The notes under the pieces are model-generated. The model was not told the DNA's origin and searched no databases. It was given only the letters and a program-made list of their open reading frames with translations. From contig JAANOX010000052.1 of assembly GCA_020184695.1 (NCBI GenBank), forward strand, positions 62,001-126,000: DNA of 64,000 bases, read 5' to 3'. The position numbers and the translations under genes were made by a program. This document shows, in pieces, positions 1 to 10,900 of this stretch; positions within the stretch are counted from its first letter, which is position 1; each line of letters starts with the position of its first letter. Origin of the DNA: Histomonas meleagridis 2922-C6/04-290x (Eukaryota; Protista; Parabasalia).

Positions 1-1064
1 ACCGCACATCATCGAAACAATACATCAAACATTGACTAAACAAATCCAAACCAATTTTTTTATACTCGAAATTCGCGTTTATCGTTTTCTCGAAAATTCT
101 TTCAACAAAAGGGAAATAGTCATGTATTATGTTTGGGTTCATTAATATTTGATTATATAGGAACAATATCGATGGATAACATAATGAAATTTCTTCATTT
201 AATAACTCGTCGATTACATTTGGAAATTGTAATTCTTCCAAAACTAAAATAAAATTCGGATTTATTATTTGGTTAAATAGTTTAAATACTTCAACAATTC
301 GTTGTTGATGTAAAAGTAATATAAGTAATGGTTGAAGACATTTATTAACAAATTCGTTTTCGATGTTTTCATCATTAAATTTAAGTAAATTTTCAAGCGC
401 TTGTAATAACGTTAAATTAACTTTGGAATTATTAAAAAACTTATAAAACATATTAAATGTAATGTCAGCATAACACATAGAATGCATTGATATGAATAAT
501 AATAAATTGGAAATCGAAATTATGATTTGTGGCTGTCGAAGATATTCAATTGTACGATGAAGAACTTGAGTAAGACCACACCCGAGAAAATGGGAAATAG
601 TAAAAGGATTAATTAATATAATTGAAGAGATTAATTCAATCGTTTTAGAGATATGATTAAACTTTTGAAATACAATCATGATTTTTGGAATTTGGTTTAT
701 TAAAAAATAATTAGCTTGAGGAATTTGAATGTGAATAAATAATAAAATTGACATGGATAATGAACAATAAACAGGATCAATCATGGCTGATTCCAAAATG
801 TTATTTATGAAATCACCTAAAACAACTTCGGTGTCGAGTATAACAAATGGGTTTGTTTTTAGAACATGAAGTAAATGCTGTAAATCTGACATTTTTGAAA
901 AATTATAACTAAGTGCTGAGATTGGAAGGCATATAGATTCAATATCTTGTTCTTCGCCTTCACTTATAAAAGAAATGTGTTCATCAGAAATCGAGAATAA
1001 ATCAACTTGTGGGACAGAAGATCCTTTATAAATCGTCTTTTTATTTGACGCTTTATTTTCTCAT
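1..1064 (-). CDS. Hypothetical alpha-helical (ARM/HEAT-like) protein, runs off the left edge; not in the ORF track
   Basis: Manual translation: stop-free frame from 1060 to 2 (353 codons, ENKASNKKTIYKGSSVPQVDLF...LDLFSQCLMYCFDDVR). The ATG at 1064-1062 is one base out of frame; the first in-frame ATG is at 892. Fold assignment rests only on the Leu/Ile helical pattern. Confidence 0.65.
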
Positions 1065-1471
1065 AATTATTTTTGCCAATGATTTTTTCTTTCAATTTTT
1101 TTCATGTTTTGCTGTCAAAAAAAATTTCTCGAAACTTCTACAGTAGATAGAGAAAAACCTATATATCTATGAACACATTTTTTGTGTTTTCTTCTGTGCG
1201 TTTTGGAGAAAAAGCGAAATTACGAAAAATGGAGCTCTCTTGAATGGTAAGAGTTTTAAGAAAAATATTACTATTCATTACTATTTTTGTAAAGTGCATA
1301 TATAAGCGGTAAAAAGTTAATTTGAACATGTGACATATTCCATTTATAATGAGGTAAGCATGAATTTAACTATCATTATAAAAAATATTCTTAAATTTTG
1401 ATTGCAATGAGCTCTAAGTTCGAATGCCAGCTTGTTTGCTTATAATAATGAGAGTTTATTCATAAACGAGT

Positions 1472-1870
1472 TTATGTATAATTATCTGCTGCAGCCTTAT
1501 TGTTTTCTTCATTTTGTTGTTCCCAAACAGCTCCATTGGTTCCACCGAAAGGAATCGGTTGCTGTCTCATACAACCTTTACATGAACATCTTACTGATAA
1601 ATCAATAATAATTGTAAGAACAATTATAACAGCACCTATAATATATCGTTTCATGGGTATTGCATCACCTCCTAGGTCTCTAACACATTTAACATCCTTT
1701 TTAGATGATTTATCTTTGCACCTAATGAAATTACTTGATGTTGAGTTGTAACAACGCTTATCATCTCTGCAGTATCCACACCCTTGTGTGTAAAGACACA
1801 ATGGGCAATTAGTTTCGCCCAAATCTTCGCAAACATCTGAAATTACAAGAGAAAACAAAGCAAAAAACAT
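1472..1870 (-). CDS. Small type I membrane protein with Cys-rich PSI-like domain
   Basis: Hydrophobic N-terminus, C-x2-C-x5-C-x2-C-x5-C pattern (CPLCLYTQGCGYCRDDKRC), TM segment YIIGAVIIVLTIIIDLSV. Confidence 0.7.
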   Translation of the reverse strand: MFFALFSLVISDVCEDLGETNCPLCLYTQGCGYCRDDKRCYNSTSSNFIRCKDKSSKKDVKCVRDLGGDAIPMKRYIIGAVIIVLTIIIDLSVRCSCKGCMRQQPIPFGGTNGAVWEQQNEENNKAAADNYT

Positions 1871-2451
1871 TTAAGATAGCCAACGACAAGAATTTAAAAG
1901 CTTTACGATGCAATCAAGTGATTTCAAATTTCTTGTCGTTTTTTGAGTTAACTATTGAATTATCACTCTTTTGAATGACCTGTTTTGAATAACTATCGTC
2001 TTTAACCAAAACAACGGAAATGTTTTTTTTGGAGGTTGACCTTCATATGTGATTAATTTTTTATAGTTTCATTTTTGATGAATAATATTGATGAATATGT
2101 TTTGGTTATTTAAGATGTTAATTAGTAATATTTCAAAGATAATTTTTTTTATCACCATAACGTGACAAAAATGACAATTTGATTCGAAATTTCAATTTTT
2201 TTTGTAAATCAGTTATTTATATGTATACATAGCATATTACTGTTTGAAACATGTTCCTTACACTCAAGGTGTTTATTTTAATTAAAATTCATAAGATGAA
2301 TTCGGGATTTATATAATTTATTCAATTCCTTTACTTGCTTCATTGCTTACGTCCATACAAAGAATTTTTTAAATTTTGTTTATATATCATTAGATCATTT
2401 TTTTTCATGATTATAAGAAATTTCTTCGATTATTCGAGGGTTGTTTTTTCA

Positions 2452-4978
2452 ATGCAAAAAGACGTTAAGTCACTTCAAATAATGAGTGAAAAAATCCTTA
2501 AAGATCTTGAAACAATCAAAAAAATTCAAAAAATAATTTTTGATATAAATAAGGAAAACATTTCACATTGCGCTCAAAAAGTAATGAATATGTTTATTCA
2601 AGATATTAATGAACATCAATATTCATTTAAATTAATTGTTTGCCAAATGGTATATTTATCATTTATTATATGTAATCACGATTATGAAACATATTTTAAT
2701 TTTATGAAGAAATTTGAAATGTTTGATGTTTTCAAATGTTTTATTTTAAGAAAGAACACAAATGAATCGAATTATCTTATTGCTAAAATGATTGACGATA
2801 AATATATAGATCCAAAATTTCTCAATGAAATGAAATTAAATCTCAAAGCAAAACAATATTTTGCACATTATTTGGGAAAAGAAAAAAGTACACAGCAAAA
2901 ACTTAATTTATCCATAGAATATTATAAAGAACTTTCAAAAAATGATTGGAAACTTCATAAGCAATTAATTAAAGAAGGAGTTAATCCAAATGAAATTGCC
3001 AAAATAATTCGAAATGATGATATTGAAAAACTTCAAGAAATATCATCACCAACAAAATTTGATTTTAATCAAACAATTGAACCATCACTTTATGAAAGAT
3101 GTTCATTTATTAATAAAGAAAATGTTTCGTTAATTGCTTATGCATCATATTTCGGATCTGTTAAATGTTTCAAATATTTGCTTATGAATAATGCAAGATT
3201 AGTAAATGTTGGTAAATATGCTGTTGCAGGTGGAAATCTTGAGATAATTCATTTATGTGAACAAAATCATTCAACATTTGAAGATGTATATGAAATAGCA
3301 ATTGAATTCCATCGAAATGATATCTTTAAATATCTTTATGAAATGAAAGTTCCGCAAAATAATTTAAGTGAATTAGGAAAGAAATGTATTTTATATCATA
3401 ATTATGAAATTTTCACATTCTTACAAAAAGGTGGAATGAAAATTGATGAATCTCATATTAAGAAATCAGCAAGCATAGGAAATATATTTCTCCTCAAATA
3501 CATCCATATATTTAATCATCTTCCTGAAAATATTTTGATTTTCTCTTCAAGATCAGGAAATTTTGAACTTGTTAAATATATTTTTGAGCAAAAAGAAAAA
3601 ATTAATATCAATGCTAAAACTATTTATTTGTTTTATTTGTATTTTATTTTAATATTTTCTAATTTCAAATTGATATTTGGAAATTATTTAAAATATTTAA
3701 AACGCCACTTATAATTGGTTCTGAAAAAGGACATACAGAAATAGTTAAATTACTTCTTGAACAAAAAGATATTGATATTAATGCTGAGGATATTTTTTTG
3801 TTCTTTTTTATATTTATATTGATAATTTGATGTTTTAAAATAATATTTGAAAATTATTTAAATAATTTGAAACAGCACTAATTTCAGCAACTAAAAATGG
3901 TCATCCAGAAATTATTGAATTACTTCTTGAACAAAAAGATATTGATATTACTGCTAAAGATATTTATTTTTTCTATTTTATATTGAAAATTTGATATTTT
4001 AAAATAATGTTTGGAAATTATTTAAAATATTTATTATCATACTTAATCATGCATCTAAAAAAGGTCACATAGAAATCGTTAAATTACTTCTTGAACGTAA
4101 AGAGATTAACATTAATGCCAAAGATATTTATTTATTTTATTTAAACTTTATTTTAATTTATTAAAATTCCAAAATAAAATATGGAATTAATAAAAGTCAT
4201 TTGAAACAGCCCTTATGAAAGCATCTAAAAATGGACAAAGAGAAATAGTTAAGTTACTTCTTGAACAAAAAGGAATTGATGTAAATGTTAAAACTATTTA
4301 TTTGTTTTATTTATATTTTGTTTTTACAATTTTTTGTTAAAAAATAATATTTAGTAATTATTTTTAATATTTGGTACAGCTCTTGTTTTAGCATCTGAAA
4401 ATGGTTATACAGATATAGTTAAATTACTTCTTGATCATAAAGAAATCGATATTAATTCTAAAGATATTTATATGTTTTATTTATATTTTATTTTAATTAT
4501 GTAGTATTTCAATATAATATTTGGAAATTATTTAAAATATTTGAAACTTCACTTATGGAAGCATCTTATTTTGGCTATACAGAAATTGTTAAATTACTTC
4601 TTGAACATGAAGGAATTGATATTAATGCTAAAGATGTTGATTTATTTTATATGATATTCATATAAATAATTTTTAATATCAAAATAATATTTGGAAATTA
4701 TATAAATTATTTAAAACAGCACTTATTTATGCATCTGAAAAAGGTCATAAAGAAATAGTTAAATTACTTCTTGAACAAAAAGGAATTGATATTAATGCTA
4801 ATACTATTTATTTATTTTATTTAAAATTTATTTTAATAATTTGGTATTTCAAAATAATATTTGGTAATTATTCAGATTATTTTATACGGCACGTAAATTT
4901 GCATATAAAAATGGGCATACGGAAATAGTTGAATTATTAATTAAGGAAAAAGAAACTAAAAGTAATACTGAGGCTTAA
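2452..4978 (+). CDS. DUF3447-type ankyrin repeat protein whose repeats are interrupted by 8 non-coding inserts (about 670 aa if the inserts are removed)
   Basis: ORF 2335-3714 holds the typical core (IIRNDDIEKLQ...YASYFGSVKCFKYLL). Eight further ankyrin modules (e.g. TPLIIGSEKGHTEIVKLLLEQKDIDINAED) follow at 3702, 3872, 4036, 4206, 4376, 4546, 4716 and 4886, ending at TAA 4976-4978. ATG 2452 is preferred over TTG 2335 (inference). Confidence 0.8.
3622..4885 (+). other. Array of 8 same-position AT-rich inserts (candidate non-canonical introns or bypass elements), period 170 nt
   Basis: Gap between the D-position codon and the next T codon is 80, 80, 74, 80, 80, 80, 80, 80 nt. Shared core is close to TTTCAAAATAATATTTGGAAATTATTTAAA. 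No AG acceptor. Confidence 0.85.
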
Positions 4979-7900
4979 TTCATAGTTAAAAACCGTTAAA
5001 AAATATATGGAATAATAAAAATCATTTTTTTTTTCTCAAAATTCGCTATTTTTTTTAATCCTAATAGAATCAAATTTGATATACATACTAACTTCGACTA
5101 AATTTATCAATTAAAAAACTCAACCGACTGAAATTTAAGATATTGTTTCTTTAAAATTCAATATATATTTGGTCGAATTATTTTCAACGGACAATTCGAT
5201 ATGATGACAAATCTAATAAATATATTTCTTCGATCCAGTTCATTATTTTCATTAAAATTGTTAGCAGAATAAAAAGTGACAAAAATTTAATTGAGTAGTT
5301 TATTAGAACGGGCCCCTTTAATCGCTTTCCAATTGTCAACCTCTGTAAAAGATTTTCAAAAATTTCATGAACAAAAAAGTTGAATTAAATACTATTCAAT
5401 GCAAATCTTTGGGCAACCTCTTTTTTAGCTGCAGCAATATCGTTAAATTTAAATGTATACTTTAGAGCTCCAGAAGCCAATTTGTACAAAACATTCCATT
5501 TCTGTAAGAAATCATTATTATTATCATTGTTGATTTTCTTTTTCATTTTTAACAAATCATCCTTCAAAAGTTCATCACCGACAGTACCAATCGTTTTTGC
5601 TTGAACAGCTCTTTCAAGAGCTTGATAATTTTTATTAAATTGTTCTAATGTTTCAATTAATTTAATTTTACATAAAGCTACTAAATCTTTTGGGAACAAA
5701 ACACTAACTTTTTTTGTTTCTAGGGGAGTAATATGATAAGTTTCATTTGGGCAACCTCTACTATAAGCAGCGCCAACAGATAAATCAACAGTAGTATCAG
5801 TATCATTAATAACAAATGTTGTAACATATTTATATTTAATATTATAATTTTCCATTTTTTTATCACTATCATTAACTGTTTTAAAACCAACCATTCCATC
5901 TGTTATTATGATTAAATGATCATGAAGTTTTTCACCTACTTTTCGAGAAATATCAGCAATAAGATCAGATGCTGTAATTCCTTCTCCATGTCTTTCTGAA
6001 ATTATTTCCATCATTTCTTCATAAGTTTGTTCTTTATAATCTGAACTCCATGTAAAAATTTTGTCACCAGGTTTATAAAATTTTTTAATTATTTTATCAA
6101 CTTCTTTATAATAATAATATTTACCACTTACAGATCCAGAAGTATCAATAGCAAATACTCTGTTCCTAATATGAATAGGTTGCTCCAAAAAATTATTCCA
6201 CTTAATACCTAATTGGATTTCATATTTTATAGCTTTAGGACGCCATTCATTCGGTTTATCATATTTATCGATCCATTTATGGACTTCAGGTCGTGCAGTC
6301 CATGCAGCAATGTTTTGTACATATCTAAAAGTTCCATCTTTTCTCATTTGTGTAAAACATTTGGAATAACCACAATCAATTATTATATCACCATTTGTAG
6401 TATCACTTGGATAATACATTGAACTAATACCACCTTCTGAATCACGAGAAAAAGGTATAAATGGTTTCATTTTATCCGGGTTTTGTGCATATGATATTGT
6501 AATTCCTTCGAAAATTTTCCCAAGATTATGAGAAAGAGAAGTTCTTTGGCATTTATCAAATTTTTGTTTTTTCCGATTAAAAGTTTTTGGCTTTAATAAA
6601 TTTCCTGTTTCATCTCCTAATAATATATTTTCTCCTTTATGATCTCCACATATTCTTAACTCAGAACATTTATTTCCGAGTTCTTTAAAAGGAGCTTTTT
6701 CGAGGAATAAATTAACTTGATAAAAAAGTGGATCGCCTTCAGCCCAAAATACAATTGAGCCACCATTTTGCCAATATTGGATTAATACTTCAATGAACTG
6801 TCCAATCAGATTTGGATCTGCATGAGGATTATCTTGTTTAGGTAAAATTTCATATGGTGGACCGCACATTATCCATGTAGAATAATAATCACAATAATTT
6901 TGTTTAGTTTGTTTTGTTAAAATGAATTAATTTGCATCATAATAATTTAAAACAACTTTGATTTCGATACCGAAATGATCAACAGCAGTTTTAATACATT
7001 CTGTATGACCTGGTTCATTTGATTTAAATATATAATCAGGATGAACAAATTCAGATTCATTATTACTTAATTCACATGTCCATAACATGACAATTAATAT
7101 TTTTTGACCTTTTAAGAAATCTTTTGTATACATTTCTGTGTTTTTTCCACTTGGATTAACAAATTCTTTTTCGATACTTCCTACATCTTGTTCTTCATTA
7201 TAAAAATCAGAAAATGCATCAAGTGATGGAGGGATATTATGTAATTCGTTTTTAAGATCAATAAATGTTGGGTTATTTTGATTTAATATTAATTCTTTAA
7301 ATATTTTATTTAATGTTTCTAAATTTGGCGCTGGATTTTGAATTAAAGGAATTTCATCAAGTTTTCCAGATATATCATCACCAAAAATGGATGCAATACC
7401 ATTAATTAAATACGAAGGATTTGGTGAATAAACAACTTGTGGGAATAAATTGATAATTCCTTTTGGATAAATACCAACGCCAATACCAATTGTATTTATA
7501 CCATATTGAACACATGAATTAACTTGCTCAAGAATACGCTTTTGTTCATTTTTTTGATATAAACCATCTGTAATCACAAACAAAATATTTGAATAATCTG
7601 TTGACCTTATTCTTTTTAGATCTAAAGCTGTATGGATAGCTGAAGCTAAATCAACATTAGTTTCTTGATTTTGTAAAAACCCAAATAAAGATTCCCAAAG
7701 TGTTGATTTCGCACTTAATGCTTTAAATGTATTGATACCAGAACATAATATATTTGGCGTTGGCGAACCTGCAATAATTAAATCAAAACTTGGTAAATCT
7801 AAAATTGTAAAAACAGATAAAAGATTTTGAATTGTTTGAAGTGAATGAGCTGAAGAAAGTTCATTAAAACATGAAATTGATGGATCAATAATAATTGTTA

Positions 7901-10900
7901 CACCATAATTACGTATTAATCCTCCTTTTTCTGCTAAATAAATCAGAGGATCTGGTACTGGATTTAATATGTTTAATATTAATGCAGTAATATCAAAATT
8001 AGTACCTGTTGATGATAATATTGTTTGTGATGCTTTATTTGGCTTAAATATTGTATCTAAAGAAGAATTAAAATTAAAATTCTTTTTATTTTGAATAAAT
8101 GTATGAATAAATATTTCTAATTCTTGATTCTCATTTTTTCTAATATTCGAATTAATTTTATTTATTTTATTACGATAATGTAACATTTCTAATTTACTTG
8201 ATCGATTAGAATTAGATATAGTGCTTAAAACATTTGTTCTTCCTGAATAAATACCTTTAAAATGACTATAATTTAATTTCAGAATTTCTTTAAAGTATTT
8301 TAATTTATTAATTTTTGGTATATTTTCTGAAAATTCTGCAAGTGTAATTTCTTTGTATTGTGGTAATAAATCTTGATTTTCTTCACGTTTAATTATATTT
8401 CTAAACATTTCAATAAGAGTTTTAGTTGTTTGGTTATTAATTTCTGCTTGAATTGATGATACATTTATGATTGACTTGGCTCCAAGTTGTTTTACTTCAG
8501 ATTCAAAATTATTCCATACATTTTCAACAAATGTTAAGTTTTCTTCAATTAATTTATTAGATTTAATAAATATAAATCCAAATGAATAATGAGGATTAGT
8601 TAAAAGATTTGACCATACTTGTGTTCGTATTAAATTTTCATCTAACCCATCAGTAAATGTGAAAAATGAAACATTTGGTCTAATTTTTAAAATAGATTCA
8701 GGAATTGAATCCATTGCAAATTTTATTGAATGTAATAAATTAGTTCTATATCTTTTAATTAATAAACAATCAAGAATTCTTTGTAATACAATATATGAAT
8801 GTTCTTCTTCAAAAGGTTTAATAATACATTTAAATCTTTCATCAGCAATTAATAATACTGAATAAGGAATTTCTAATGAAGAAAGTGCATAAGTTAGAGC
8901 ACAAATTATTAACATATTAAACATTTTATTTTCATCTGAAATAAATGAACTACAATCAACTAAAATACATGAACAAATATTAGAATATGGAACAGTTGAA
9001 TTTGTAGCAACTTTAATAAATGATGCACTAAGACAATAGCTTTGTTGAATGAGTTTTGTAATTGGGAAATTGTTTGTGTTTGGTTTGCTTATTTTGCGGT
9101 CAATTGTATATCCTTCTTGTTTTAATATTATATTATCATCTTTTCTATAACCCATTTCTTTCATACGTTGAATTGCTCTTTTAATTCCATCAAATTCAGT
9201 AAATTCAGATATAATTCCATCAAATTGTTTATTATTAACTTGAACTATTAAAGCTTCATCTTTAGTTAATAAAAGAGGTTTTTCTTCATTGTCATCAACT
9301 TCATTTTCAATTTCATTTTCATTTTGAATAATATTTTGCATATTTGTAACTGTATTTCGATATAGTACTTCATCAATTTTATTGATATGGTGTTGCTCAA
9401 TGACTATTTGAGTTTCTTCAGTTTCTTTTTCTTTTGGAATATAAGGTAATTGATCATTAACATTTTCAAAAAGATCATTTGAAAGAATTTGATTATTCGA
9501 TTGATTAAATAATTCATATTGATTAGGTTTCACATTATTTTCATCATGAATTGTTTTCCAATTCTTATTTTGTGAATATATATTACATACATGAGGAATT
9601 TGAATGAAATCTTCATATAGTTTTTGAGAAATAATAATTGGTAATTTTAAACCATTAAAATCAACACCTGCTTTATTTAATTTACTTGTGAGTAATTTAA
9701 ATGATTTACAAAATGAATTTATATAAGTAGATAAAAATGAATGATCATCATTAGGTAATATACGATATATTTGAAGTAATTTTGAATAATATTCTTCTGC
9801 TGGTTTAAAACTTTGTTTAGAAATAATCAAATTATGAATATAAATAGGAAGTACTCTTGTGCCTTGAATACATAAAGAATAAAATTGAATTAATGATGAA
9901 ATAGATTCTTTTTGAGGTTCTTCTGGAATTAATATTGAAAATAAATCAAAATTAAAATTAATTGAATCAGGTGATATATCTCGTTTAATATTCTCTTGTT
10001 TAATAATTTTTTGCTTAGTAAAATAATCCTTTTTCTTTGGTTGCTTGAATTCATTTATGAGATAACATTTTGAACCTTTTTCATTAGGATCATTTTGAGT
10101 TTGCTTTTTTAAATTTTCAAAGTTTTCTTTGTCTTTTCTATTCGTGGTTTCATCTGTTTTTCTCTTATATTTATTTTTATCAAATTGGATGTATTCTTCA
10201 TATAATTCTTTCATTTTCGCTTGTGATGATATTTCATTTTGTTTCATTGAAGAAATATTTAAATAATTATAATTTTGTTTAAATAATTTGTAAAACCTAA
10301 TAATAATATTATATTTATAAATACCTAATATTGGATCATCAATTTTAATCTCATCATTTGGAATTAAATCTTTTGTTTTATCTTGGAGTTCTTGTGGTAA
10401 AATATTAATTAAATCTTTAATTTTTATAATTACTATGTCATTACTTAACAGTAAAACGAAAAGCATAAAATCTCGATCATTACTATGTTTTATATCATAA
10501 GAAGAAGTACTACATATACAATTTATATTATCTTTAGCACATTTAATATTTTGATTTGTGATTTCTAATTCATTGAATTTATCAACATCAATTTCTGGAT
10601 ATATTGAAAATGCAGGAAACCATTGGTCATCTTCAAAAATTCCTATTATTGGTATATAATATTGAGAATCATTTGAATTGTTGGAAGTATAACACAATGG
10701 TATATCATTCACTATATTAAACTCTCCATTTTCACATCCAGATATATACTTCACACTTCGGTTATGTATATTAATTGTATTTTCTTCATAAAAAACTTTA
10801 TCTGATGCTTCAACAAAATTAAATGGAGTAGCTAAAGTAACTAATGTAGTTTTTATGTCAGTTGAATTTATTTCATACCTTTCCCAATTATTTGTTGAAT

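Noticed and set aside
2335-2451. N-terminal extension from the TTG start
   Set aside because: Non-ATG start and F/I-rich composition typical of AT-rich non-coding DNA; ATG 2452 preferred.
3622-4885. Canonical GT-AG or U12 (AT-AC) splicing of the ankyrin inserts
   Set aside because: A GT precedes the Phe codon in 6 of 10 long inserts but not in the others or the short class. No AG or AC lies at a frame-restoring position, and there is no ATATCCTT or ACTAAC motif.
3622-4885. Inserts as sequencing errors or stop-codon reassignment
   Set aside because: Errors do not give a fixed 170-nt period with a shared motif. The 80-nt gaps shift the frame, so recoding TAA/TGA cannot fix them, and other genes end normally at TAA.
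3600-4980. CRISPR-like repeat/spacer array
   Set aside because: Units are 170 nt, the conserved part encodes ankyrin repeats, the context is eukaryotic and there are no cas genes.
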